The translations under genes were made by a program, and so were the position numbers. A model generated the notes under the pieces. That model ran no database searches. It was not told the DNA's origin and was given only the letters and a program-made list of their open reading frames with translations. A DNA stretch of 63,968 nt, counting the filler, from Stramenopiles sp. TOSAG23-3 (lineage: Eukaryota): NCBI GenBank assembly GCA_900128585.1. It is 4 parts of 4 records of this genome, joined end to end, with 100 filler letters (N's around TTAATTAATTAA, not from the genome) between each part and the next. Parts side by side here need not be neighbours in the genome. Positions count along the whole stretch, not along the records: positions 16,378 to 32,636 come from LT642495.1; positions 32,737 to 48,991 come from LT642496.1; 2 more parts are not named here. The stretch is one strand, 5' to 3'. Below, piece by piece: positions 28,382 to 39,297 of this stretch; the stretch's first letter is position 1, and every line of letters begins with the position of its first letter.

Positions 28382-31300
28382 TTACTCTTTCAACGCTTGC
28401 AGCCTATCCCGGTAGCTCTGGCGCCTGCTGGTGGTGTCGGCGGGCACCGGCGCCGGTGCCGGGGATGATTCCTCTTTCTCTACCTTCGCCGTCGACTTCG
28501 TGGCCCCGAGACGTGCCAGGCGTGCTTTCATAGCAGCCAGCTTCTCGCTGCTGGTTCGGCGGCTTGCAGTGCTGCTTCTGCCTGCGTCCTCGATGGCAAC
28601 ACTGCTGCCGCGATTGGCCCGAGGGCCCTCCACGGCAGAGGTGGCTCCGGCGGTCCGGTCCTTTGCTTCCAGCCGGTTCAATTGGGTGCGAATAAACTTT
28701 TGAAACACAACGCTCGCCGTCTTCATGTACGGTTCCACGTCCACGTTCGGGTGCTGGCGCTTGAACTCGTACAGCTCGCGAACGCCGTTGCGCGAATCTT
28801 TCGATGAAATGTTCTGAAATATCCGCTTCAGTACTTCGTCGTTCGATGCCGTTGCTGTCTCGACCGCTTCGCTCTTCGCGCTAGCTTCCGGGACTGCGGC
28901 AAGTGCAGGAGTCGGCGCCTCCGCCTTTTCCGGGGCCTCTTCTGGCGTTTCGACCACTACCTGTAGCGCCGCACCCTTGGGCGTGCGTTCAGTGGACACT
29001 GGGGCAAAGGCGGCAATCATTGCACGAATGCTGGCGTTTGCTGGGATTGGCTCAGCCATCTGGGTCCAGTTTGGAGGCCCAAGAAACTTGCAAAACGTTT
29101 TTAAAATGTTGTCCACTGCTTCCAAAACAGTGGCGTCCATCACCGTCGACAACTCTTCGACGCTGTGTGTCCCTAGCAGGGCATGAATCTCATGGTACAC
29201 GGCGTCAACGTCGACTTTCTCAAACGGCTTTGCCCCGTCGCGATCGGGTGTTTTGACCTCGCGCCGAAGCGATTTGCTGATCATTTTCGCCACGACGCTG
29301 AACATGACCTTGCTGTCTGCCAGCAAATGCACCAAACTTTGCAGCATAAGGGTGCGGTCGCAGTGGGCGATGATTCGAATGGCGGCTTCTTGAAATGCGC
29401 CCTGGTACTCTAGTTCAAATTCTTTCTTGTTTGTGCGCCTCGAGTCCACCATCCCCTTGATGCAGATCTTCACAAAGCGTTGCAACCCTGCAAGGTCGAC
29501 GTTTCGGGCCAAGTCTTTGTGCGTGGATATGCTAACGAAGGACACCAGCACCTGGCGAACAATTTTTTGCTGCCAAGCGCTAAACAAGCCGTTGCTTTCA
29601 TGGTTCCACCCAAAGCTAATTTCTATTATGCTGCAAAAGCGGTCCAAAATGGAGGGAATATTCTTTGCGATTTCCAGTGCAGCGTTCGGGTCGACGTTTT
29701 GGTAGTCGTTGTTCGGGAACACCAAAGTGTTGAAGTTCTTTGCTGCCTCCGCACACTCGAGATCCAGCGAGTCCGTTGCACTGCCATTCTTCGACGCGTC
29801 TATCCAAGTGTCAACCACGGCAATAATCTTCAGCACTTTGTCCGTCATGCCCGATTCCGTCGAGCGCTCCTGCTCAAGTTTCCGCATCGAAGGCGTCAGC
29901 AAAGGGGACTCTGCCCCACTGTCATCGAATCTGCCAGAGACGTCGATGGAAACGCCCAACTTGATAGACGCCACGGCCTTTTCTACTTCTTCCGTAGTCA
30001 GCTCTTCAAACTTGAAGGCCAAATCGTCCGCGTCGCTTGCAGCAGCCCCCCCCCCGTGCTCAGCATTGCCTCAATATCAACGTTCAAGTCTGCGGCATCG
30101 GAAGACTTCTTCGACCCAGACTTGCGCGTCGGAGAGACGGACGGAGAGCGCAAGGTGTTCTTCATGCTCTCTATCTTGTTCAGAATGTCGTTGCGCCTCT
30201 TTGTCGAGTTGTTGCCGCTGCTGGTCTGAATTCGTGAAACCGTGCTGCCCCGTTTATGCTCTGGCACGGACGAGGCTGCCTTGGAGTCGTTGCTTGGTAC
30301 TGGGGTGCCCCCTTTTGCTTCCAAGCGTTGCTTCAAAATAGTTTCTCCTTTTGAGGACAGCGACTTGCCGACACACTGCAGCAGCTTCTCGCTGTCCCTG
30401 CTCAATTTTTCCCACGCGGTGCAAATGGCCAACAGCGCGCTCTCGCGAATGATGCTTTCGTGGCTATCGATTTGGCCAGCAATGGCGCGCAACCCTTTTT
30501 GGCCGACTACCTGCCACCCCTCCTTGACGACGAGGCGCGCTAACTCTTCCAGGTTGTTCTTTCGAGAAATGCTGTTCCTAATGGCGCGCGGGTCAATCCC
30601 GTACAACACAAACTGGGCGAATTTCTGCGGACTGTGAAGTTCAGAGATCAGCTTCATCATTGAGCGATAGTTGTCTGCAAACCGCTGTATCTTGTGCCCG
30701 ACGTGTAATGCAAGGCATGGTGCAATAATACTAACTTCGTACTCCGACAGGGAGTAGCTGTCTTCCTTCAACACGTTCAACAGCGCTAGGAGCATGCCTT
30801 GAAGAGACTTCAGTACGCTGGCCTGCTTCAGGTCCAAGTGAAGCGTCGCCCACTTAAATATCAAGTCCAGGTTCGACCGCACCGCTTCTTTGTTGGCCTC
30901 GTCCTTAACGGCAACTTTCAGCATATCGCACGCTTTGCCGATGTGGTTCAATTTTTGCGAAGAGCTTGCGCTAAATGCAAACCCAAAAAATTTCACCGAC
31001 GACGCGGCTTCCAGGTTGCTGCGAAGTTTGTCCGTCAGGTCCGATGCTGGGGACTCGGGGCGGTCGGGAAGGACCCAAGGGCGCCTGGAGGCTTCCAGCT
31101 CCCTTCGTCGCTTAAACTTCTCCGGCATGACTTTCAATATCGCGGCACTGTCTTCCTTCTTTAATTGTTTCGATGAACTTTGAATCGGTGCAGAGGTTCT
31201 CCGGCTGCCCTTTCCCGCGTGCTTTGAAACGGTCGAACCGCTGGGGGCCGCCAAATCTTTTGTCCGGACGGTAGATTTTGGTATCGATGACGCCGAAGCA

Positions 31301-32607
31301 CGCCTGTTGCTCTTGCCTGGGACGCCCCTCCTCTCTTTGTGTGAACTTTGGCTCTGCGCTGCTGTCTTGCCGCTGATTGCACGCTCCACAATCGGGCGAA
31401 GGGTGCGGGCAACTACGCCGTGCAGCTTTTCAAACCCATCTGTGATTGCCTCCTGGCCGCAGACCTTGCTGAGCACGCCCAAAACGCTTTCTGCGGCTTT
31501 TCTCGTTTTCGAGTTTTTATCCTGGCAGAAATCAAAAATACCAGTCAGAATAGCGGCACTCTTCAATTCACTGGTCGTCGCTACGGGAAGAAAACGCTCC
31601 ATCCACAAGGCCAGTTCCAGCCTTCCAGTTTTTTCCTTCATTTGCTCTGGGAGGAACGGAAGGATGCTATCAACACACGCAGGCACTGCTTCTCCATCGT
31701 GGGTGCACCATCCGTCCAACAGCCGGGTCACTTCTTCCACCAGCTTTTTGTTGTTCGAACCCAAGCAAAGCAGTACGTCCTTCACCGCGTACTTTGCTAG
31801 CTTTGAAATGTTGGCCCCAACTTTGGATACCAGTAACGTCATGCAAGCGGCAATACGAACTTCCGTGTTTGCGTTTTTCTCGTTGCGAAGAGCTTTCTTC
31901 AGCTCTACCAGGATTCGGCAAGACCCCTTGTTGCACTCCACTTCGCCTTTTGTGCTCTTCAAAATCTTGGTTATCCCCATAACGGCTTCTTGCCTTGTTT
32001 TCCAGGACTTTTTGTCCACGTGCACGTGCAGTTCAGCCAAAAGAGATTTCGGCACCTTGTCCGTCAGATCGGTCTGCTTCACTGCCACTTCATTATCGTT
32101 GGCCCCAGCGGCAAGCGATGGGTTTGAGGAAACATTTACTTTTCGCTTCGCAATTTTCTGTGCGGTTTTGTCAATTTGGGTAGCTTTCAGTTTCTTAGCG
32201 AGGCCTTCGGCGCGCTGGCTGTCTGATTCTTCGAGGGCACGGATAACTTTGGCCCCTACGGACTGGTACAGAACCGTCAGCAGAGCCTCGGCGGCACTCT
32301 TCACTTTTGGGGTTTTGTGCCCGAGACCGTGGTCGCCTGTGACGTACGGGAGCGTCGTTTTAAGGGGTAGCATGTTGGCTCCAAAATCGTTTGCGGTGGT
32401 GCCCAAAAACGTCAGGACATCCTCCACTTGAATGGGGCTCCGGAGGTTTGCTGCCGCTGACAAGACACGGGACACGATTTTTGACGGTGTAACGCATTGA
32501 GCCACGCACAAAAGCATCTCGTGCAAGCCTGACGCTATTTTGCGGTCTCCAAACTTACCGCACGCCGGGGGTACGAACGCTTTCAGGGTTGCAATTGGAA
32601 ACGGTTT
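28382..32607 (-). CDS. CKAP5: XMAP215/ch-TOG/MOR1 microtubule polymerase, 5'-truncated at the contig end, with an apparent frameshift at a G10 run (30046-30055)
   Basis: TOG/HEAT motifs (KFGDRK, KKSWKTRQEAV, NLDLIFKW...EYEVSIIAPCL...VGHK) in ORF 29998..32526 and the conserved C-terminal domain LKRIFQNISSK...GVRELYEFK...FQKFIRTQL in ORF 28382..30022. Confidence 0.88.
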
Positions 32608-32636
32608 CGAAAGAACAACCTGGAAGAGTTAGCGCG

Positions 32637-32736
32637 NNNNNNNNNNNNNNNNNNNNNNNNNNNNNNNNNNNNNNNNNNNNTTAATTAATTAANNNNNNNN
32701 NNNNNNNNNNNNNNNNNNNNNNNNNNNNNNNNNNNN
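32637..32736. other. Artificial 100-nt contig linker
   Basis: 44 N + TTAATTAATTAA + 44 N. Confidence 0.95.
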
Positions 32737-32969
32737 TTTTTTTTATTTTGGTTGTTTATTAATAGTCTTCTAGATATATTATTTGTTTTTAAATAATAAT
32801 AATAAATTATTTATTTGGTATTATAAAAAAGTATGTATATATAACTTGTATGTATTTATTAAATTCTATATATACTGCATATTTTTTAATTCTTTCTCTC
32901 TCTCTCTCGTCGTTTCGAAAAGCTTTCTTTACTTTCCCCCTTCCCCCTTCCTTTCTCGGAACCATCACC

Positions 32970-34028
32970 ATGGACAAACCATTGCACCGAACGCAACTTT
33001 CGGATGCTGTGGCTGATGCGTTGAACAAGATAGGGATTCATAAGTGTGGGCAGCTGTTTCAACAGAGTGAGGTGTCCCTGTGCCACTCTTTGGACCTTCC
33101 GTTGGGCAACGTCCGCGACATGTTGGATACGGTTGCAAAGTCGATTGCACCCAGGCCCGAGGTCGCATGGGATATACTCATGCACAAGCGTAATGCTCCG
33201 GCCTTCCTTTCGACCCAGCTGGGGCCGCTGGACCGGGCCCTTCACGGTGGCATCCCGGCCGGGACCGTCACCGAACTCGTGGGCCGGGCCGGGGTCGGGA
33301 AAACCCAGATGTGCCTGACCTTGGCCGCCCTTGCGGCGATGCCAAACCTAGAAAGTGCCGCGTGCTCCAGTGGCGTTGTATATATCGATACGGAGCAGAA
33401 GTTCGACCCCACGCGCCTTCACCAGATGGTGTGGGAACGCTGCCGCCGCCGGCAGGACGGGGTCTTTCGCCGAGCGAGCGCCGAGCAGCTCGGGCGAATC
33501 TGCACGGACGCAGTCGACCATGTGACCGTGTTCACCTTGACCAGTTGCAAAGAGCTTGTCGGGAGGCTCCGAGCCCTGCAGCGCTTGGTCATAGAAAAGA
33601 ATGTGAAACTGCTCATTGTCGATTCCGTCGCTGCGGTCGCACGGCAGGAGTATTCGTCCATCGTCCACCGGCAGGCGTGGTTGAACCAGCAGGCGTCGCT
33701 GCTGAAGTACATTGCAGAACGGTTCGACATCCCCGTCGTCGTTACCAACCAGGTCACCACGCGACTGGCGGATGACGAGAAACTTCCTGCAAACCTGACG
33801 CCGGCCTTGGGAAACACATGGTCCCACTGCGTGAACACAAGGCTGTTCTTGGACAAAGTGGGCGAAAGCACCGCCGTGGGGCGGGGCGGGGAACCCGACG
33901 CGGCAGCCGACCCCGACATCGGGTCACGGGAAATTGTGCACACCATGGTCATCCAGAAATCCCCCATGGCAGGGCGGTTGCAACTGAACTATCGAATAGG
34001 AGAGCAAGGCATCACCATTCGAACTTGA
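32970..34028 (+). CDS. RAD51B: RAD51 paralogue, most like RAD51B
   Basis: LDRALHGGIPAGTVTELVGRAGVGKTQMC (Walker A), VVYIDTE, LLIVDSVA (Walker B), VVVTNQV, ALGNTWSHCVNTRL, IQKSP; ATG at 32970. Confidence 0.85.
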   Translation: MDKPLHRTQLSDAVADALNKIGIHKCGQLFQQSEVSLCHSLDLPLGNVRDMLDTVAKSIAPRPEVAWDILMHKRNAPAFLSTQLGPLDRALHGGIPAGTVTELVGRAGVGKTQMCLTLAALAAMPNLESAACSSGVVYIDTEQKFDPTRLHQMVWERCRRRQDGVFRRASAEQLGRICTDAVDHVTVFTLTSCKELVGRLRALQRLVIEKNVKLLIVDSVAAVARQEYSSIVHRQAWLNQQASLLKYIAERFDIPVVVTNQVTTRLADDEKLPANLTPALGNTWSHCVNTRLFLDKVGESTAVGRGGEPDAAADPDIGSREIVHTMVIQKSPMAGRLQLNYRIGEQGITIRT

Positions 34029-35090
34029 ACGCCAGTGGGTGGAGGGTGGGCCCTTTTGTAATTTATGTAAATAGAAATGTTGAGATCGTTAAATAAGAAG
34101 AAGAGGGAAAGGTTTCCGATACGATGAAGCGCATATCCAATATATACCAACTAAATAATACTTGTTGTTGGTCTTATTATGATAATTTTAATTTTTTAAT
34201 TATAAGGTAGGATGTTGATGCTGTTCGATGTACTTTGGGCCATTTTTGTTAAAAAATAAAAGGACGACCGTCGTTGTTTTTTTTTAAGTAAAAGGCCATG
34301 ATAGACAGATGTTCTACAAAGTGTGCAGTGTCCTTGGCGCGAAAAAAAATCCGACTCGATTTTCAAAGTATGGAAGCGTTCGGTCTGAAAATGACAAACG
34401 AAAGCAAGGACGACCCATGACTGCATAAGTTTAGACCAGGCAATTGGCGCGATCACGATGTCCGCCCCAAAACGAACGTTTATAAATTGTTTGCCCTCCA
34501 TTGACTTGGAATTATGGTTCCTAGGGACAATTTTTTGTGAAATGGACGATTTGGACCATATATCGCCCGGACAAACGCTTATTCATTTGTGGGATTGGGA
34601 AAAACGACTCATAGGGGCACAATTTTATATACCTAAAAGGGCATTTGACGGTTTAAAATTATGAAAATTATCCTTTTTTCATAAAGATCTCTTCGTTTCG
34701 AATAGTTAACACAAAGTCCGTTGTCACTTTTCAATTCCGCGCCAAAGATACCGACCTCGCGGATCTTTTCATTTTAGTAATTTCTATGCTGTGTTTATGT
34801 ATAGGAAATTTAATCGAATTTTAAGACGACGAAGGAGGAGGAGAGACGCGACGTCGTGACGACGGCCCGCGCCGCGCCCAAAAACATAATTACTTGAAGT
34901 TGATTGTTTTCAATATACATTATGAATAAATTTAAAAAATAATGAAAGAAGCAAGTAGAGTTCATAAAGATTTTCGTGTTTGTGTTTTCGCTGTTGTCTG
35001 TCTGTCTTGGTCTTTGTCGTTTGCAGTCTTTTTCTTTTGTTTTTTTGTATTTATACATTATAGACCTTCCATTTTGGGACACGACGACGA

Positions 35091-38039
35091 ATGGGGAACT
35101 CGCAGGCAAGGACGACGGGAAAAGTCTTGGCTGCTGGCCTTATTCCGGCCAAGGGTTTACTCCCGTCCCAAATTGTCACTGCGACGAAGGACACGCTCGA
35201 TCACTTCAATGCTACGAGCGCGTCCCGCCGGTCCAGGAAAGACTTGCGGCTGTCCAACGGTTCACGGAACTTCACGTGCGCCTGCTTCAGCAAAGGGAAG
35301 ACGCTCTTGGTAGCCGGGGACGCCGACGGGTACGTGTACTTCTACCGCTGCGACGGCGCGGAAATTCTTCAAGTCCACCGGGCGCACGACAGTGCGATTA
35401 CGGTGCTCCACTGGTGCCGAAGGGTCGGAAACAGCCCTGAACGGCTGCTCACGGGGTGCCGAAATGGCACGGTCAAGCTCTGGGACCTAGGGGGGCGGGA
35501 AGCGAGCGAGGAGGGAAAGATCGTGCACGGCAGCGGGCGGTCGTTCTCCCGCAGCCTGGCGGTCGCGCCCCCTCAGAGTCCGCGCGCGTCCCGGCGACGA
35601 AACAGTGCCCCGAGGCTCCCACTTGCGGCCGTGTGCTCGGTCGCGTACAGCTCCCGGATGAGCAAGATGTACGTAGGGTTAGCGAATGGGGCGCTTCTCC
35701 TGTTCGACACCGGCAGCGCGACGCTCGTCAGCAGCAACGACACGGCCCACAGGGGCGAGATTCGCCAGCTCGTCCTCCTCCAGGTGGACCCTGACTCTGC
35801 CCCACGGCTGGACCGACACGTGCTCGACACGGTGATGAAGCTGGACACTTCCGCCGCGGTCAAGGGCGCCGTGCCCGGGGCCCAGGCGGGGCAGGAACGA
35901 ATACCGACCTCGAGCGCGGGGCAGATCCTCGTCGCGGCGAGCGTGGACGGGCGGGTGAAAGGCTGGAACGTTGCGCTGGAGGGGAAGGCGCCCCTCTTCG
36001 ACTACAACATCCACGTCGTTACGCTTTTGACCGAGTCGGTCCACCCCGACATCGTGTTCGGCGGGACGGCGGAGGGCGAGGTGTTCGTATGGCAGGTGTC
36101 GCGTGCGGGGCTGACCACCATCAAGCAGATCCGGCAGGGCCCCGGTTGTATCACAGCGATGGACTACAACTCCAAGGTGGACAAGCTCGCCCTGGCGACC
36201 GCGGAGGGGAACGCGTGCGTCATCGCGGACGTAGCGGAGCAGCTGCTCGCGCGAGGCGCCAACAGCAGCGGGGGCGGCGACTCCACCTCACCCTTGAAGC
36301 ACAGTACGGGGCGGAACAGGTCGGGATCGATCGGGGAGGAGACCGTGGACGACGTGCTGGAGTCCCTCGCCCGCCCTCCCGCAGAGGAGCCGGTGGCGGG
36401 CGCCCCGGCACCGTCCGGCGCGACCGGGAACCGGACGGACGAGGAGTGGCTGGCCGTCAGCCAGCTGTACAGCATCGCAATGAAGCTTGCAAAGTACGAC
36501 AAGAGCCGCAGCGTGATCGACCGTTCGAAAAAGAAGATGAAGTGGTGGTTCTACAAGAAGACAGGGGAAGTGGACGCCACCCTTGCGGGAAAGCAACAAA
36601 ATTTAATAGACTCCCACCGTTCGCTCGTGGACGCTTCGCTTCGAAAGGAGCGGTGGAACGCCCGGCGCCAGTCGATGATTGCCGATTTGGAGGCCCGGCA
36701 CGCGCTCGAGAAGAAGCAGCTCTTGGAGAGGCTGGACGACGAGGAGGGGGCCCTGGAGACAGTAGTCCCGGAGGGGCGCCGCCTCCTTGCGCGCGCGGCG
36801 CTGAAACTAAAAAGCCAGCACCTTGAGGCGCGGGCCTTTTGCAAGGCGGAAGCGGCCCACATCGCGCAGAAGACGCTGACGATCATCGCGAGACGGGAGG
36901 GCCAAGGGCGCCCGGTGGAGGAGTCCGAAGCGACGGAGGGGAAAGCCCTTGGCCTTCCCCCTTCGCTCCAGCGCGAACGCAGCGATACGTCGGCCGACGA
37001 CGGGGAGCTGAAGCCTGGGACCAAAGTGAAGGACCGGTACCTAGTTTTCAACCGCCGCGACAAGGGGGTGCAGTCGTTCGAAGCCCTCGACATGCTGAAA
37101 AAGCAGCGCGTCGTCGTGAAGCAGTTCCCGGAAGGGCTGCCCCTGCGGACGGACCTGCGGCACCCCGCGCTGGTACCACTCTTCGACGTATGCTCCACCC
37201 AAAAGTACACGTGCATCGTGAAGCGGTGGATGGACTCCTCCCTCGCAGAGTACGTGAAGGCCGAGGGGACGGACAACCAGTCCTTGCCGACGGAGCACGT
37301 TGCCGAAATTTTGTACCGGCTGTTGGAAGCCCTGCAGTACATCCACTCGAAGGGCCTCATCCACCGCCAGGTTCGCCCGGGCTCCATCTTCGTGGTCAAA
37401 CAGGGTGCTGGGAGGAACGACTCGGACGCGAAGGCTGTCCCACGGGCGTACCTAGAGCACTTCGGCGTTATGCCAGCGCTGGAAGGAACGGAGATGACCG
37501 AGGGCGTGAAGAAGACGTCCTTCGCGGCCCCCGAGATGTTCGGCTATGCCGCCCTGAAAGGATCGGACGTTTGGGGGATCGGGTGCGTGATGGGCTGGTT
37601 ATTTCAGACCCCCGTGGAACGGGCATCTTCGCCGCTGTTCCAAGGTGGCAATGGGGGAGAGGTTTTGAACAGTATAGCATCGCGCCTGGGCTGCCCGCCG
37701 AAATCGAAGATGGAGGAAATCGCGAAGAAGGCCGAAATCCCCGTTTCTGGCAGGCACGTGTTGACGGGGCTGGAGACCAAGTTTCAGGCGTACCAGAAGA
37801 AGCAGGGGATCGCCTCGGACAACAGCTCCAGGCTTTCAAAAATGCAGTCCTTGTCCTCCTGTATATCTAGACTGGAAAGCGAAGAGAGCGCACGGGACTT
37901 GTTGGACAAAATGCTCCAGTGGGATCCTCACGAGAGAATTTCGACCATGCAAGCCACCCAGCACGAATTTTTCAACGGCGTTCGCAGTCGACTCCTGTCG
38001 AAGCAGGAGAAGGAAAAGGACAGCGCCCGGGACGTGTAA
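35091..38039 (+). CDS. WD40-repeat + coiled-coil + degenerate protein-kinase-fold protein
   Basis: WD repeats (AHDSAITVLHW...LLTGCRNGTVKLWD; ASVDGRVKGWN); C-terminal kinase fold (LQYIHSKGLIHRQVRPGSIF, EHFG, AAPE, SDVWGIGC, LLDKMLQWDPHERI); starts MGNSQ. Confidence 0.85.
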   Translation: MGNSQARTTGKVLAAGLIPAKGLLPSQIVTATKDTLDHFNATSASRRSRKDLRLSNGSRNFTCACFSKGKTLLVAGDADGYVYFYRCDGAEILQVHRAHDSAITVLHWCRRVGNSPERLLTGCRNGTVKLWDLGGREASEEGKIVHGSGRSFSRSLAVAPPQSPRASRRRNSAPRLPLAAVCSVAYSSRMSKMYVGLANGALLLFDTGSATLVSSNDTAHRGEIRQLVLLQVDPDSAPRLDRHVLDTVMKLDTSAAVKGAVPGAQAGQERIPTSSAGQILVAASVDGRVKGWNVALEGKAPLFDYNIHVVTLLTESVHPDIVFGGTAEGEVFVWQVSRAGLTTIKQIRQGPGCITAMDYNSKVDKLALATAEGNACVIADVAEQLLARGANSSGGGDSTSPLKHSTGRNRSGSIGEETVDDVLESLARPPAEEPVAGAPAPSGATGNRTDEEWLAVSQLYSIAMKLAKYDKSRSVIDRSKKKMKWWFYKKTGEVDATLAGKQQNLIDSHRSLVDASLRKERWNARRQSMIADLEARHALEKKQLLERLDDEEGALETVVPEGRRLLARAALKLKSQHLEARAFCKAEAAHIAQKTLTIIARREGQGRPVEESEATEGKALGLPPSLQRERSDTSADDGELKPGTKVKDRYLVFNRRDKGVQSFEALDMLKKQRVVVKQFPEGLPLRTDLRHPALVPLFDVCSTQKYTCIVKRWMDSSLAEYVKAEGTDNQSLPTEHVAEILYRLLEALQYIHSKGLIHRQVRPGSIFVVKQGAGRNDSDAKAVPRAYLEHFGVMPALEGTEMTEGVKKTSFAAPEMFGYAALKGSDVWGIGCVMGWLFQTPVERASSPLFQGGNGGEVLNSIASRLGCPPKSKMEEIAKKAEIPVSGRHVLTGLETKFQAYQKKQGIASDNSSRLSKMQSLSSCISRLESEESARDLLDKMLQWDPHERISTMQATQHEFFNGVRSRLLSKQEKEKDSARDV

Positions 38040-38158
38040 TGGGGGAGACGTCGTACATGTTGTTTTTTGTTGTTGTAATTATCCATTATAGCTCTTTTCA
38101 ATAAAAAACAAATTATATAGTATGCTTTTCAATAAATATTGTACCTTTTACTCTTTTC

Positions 38159-38746
38159 TCAAAAGTGATCCTGGTCCCTGTCTCCAAGCATGTGGAAGGA
38201 CTGGCCCCCTAAATTGAAGAAATCGTCGCTCTCGTGCTCAACGGTGCGGACTTCCCGCGTGACCGTCACGTGTTGCGAGTTTCCCTTGAACGCCGAGAAC
38301 GACGAGAACGGGTCTCGCTCGCCGAAGAAAGACTCGAACATGTGGGCCGCGTCGTTCATGGTAAAACCTTCTTTTTCGTACTCCCCAAAGCGGTGAAAGC
38401 CCCCCCCACCACGCCCTCGAGAGGATTGCGACTGGAACGAAGACCCTGCCCAATCGTCGTCATATTTGGCATTGAACCCACCGGCATGTCGAGTTTCGAA
38501 TGGGTTTCCTCCGTGTGAAAACTCTTGCTCGGCCGCCTCCTGGTCTTCACGGTCGTATATCAATCTCTGTTCGGGGTCCCCGAGAACCGAGTACGCCTCG
38601 TTCACAAGCTTAAATCGTTCAGCCGCCGCATCGTCCCCTTGGTTTTTGTCCGGGTGATGTCTCAGCGCAAGCTTTCGGTACGCCTTCTTTATCTCAGCCT
38701 GGGACGCAGTCGTAGCAACCCCCAGGACGTCGTAGTAGTTGTTCAT
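38159..38746 (-). CDS. DnaJ/Hsp40 (J domain + G/F-rich region, DNAJB6-like)
   Basis: YYDVLGV...[18 protein letters not shown]...[14 protein letters not shown]; later [11 protein letters not shown]. Confidence 0.92.
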   Translation of the reverse strand: MNNYYDVLGVATTASQAEIKKAYRKLALRHHPDKNQGDDAAAERFKLVNEAYSVLGDPEQRLIYDREDQEAAEQEFSHGGNPFETRHAGGFNAKYDDDWAGSSFQSQSSRGRGGGGFHRFGEYEKEGFTMNDAAHMFESFFGERDPFSSFSAFKGNSQHVTVTREVRTVEHESDDFFNLGGQSFHMLGDRDQDHF

Positions 38747-39064
38747 TCCGTTTCTTAGTCCTGTACAAGTTGGTATGCGCGTTCGTGTCTAGCACGGTGT
38801 CTACGGAATATAATTGCCAAGTACTTCACAAACTTTCGATTTGAAATTTGTTCATTTAATTAGTAGAAAAAGTTAACGACGAAAAAAAATAACAACAGTA
38901 AGTTTTATTTACAATACTTTGTACGAAGTATACAGACACTAATACACATAATTTGTTTTTTATACATACATTGAATTCAAAATTGCTTTTTCAATTTCCT
39001 CCTCCTCTTCTTCTCCTCAATTATTATTATTTAAAATAATAATAATCAATCATTATTATATATA

Positions 39065-39123
39065 TTTAAAAACAAGAAAATTGGCTGTTATTTATTTATA
39101 AGTAATTAAATTTAGTTCCTCAT
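39065..39123 (+). repeat. 3'-associated micro-element, long copy
   Basis: Core at 39073-39094 followed by TTTATAAGTAATTAAATTTAGTTCCTCAT. Confidence 0.9.
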
Positions 39124-39297
39124 ACCCTAATCCTAACTTGGTTATGTAATTTTGTTTCATTGTTATTAATTATAATACTGTAATTCTTCCTTTTTAAAAA
39201 AAAATTTATTTATATTTCTTCTTCTTTTCTTCTTTTCTTCTTTTCTTCTTCCCTCCAGGACATCGCACATGTACTCTTGATACCGCCTTGACTGGAC

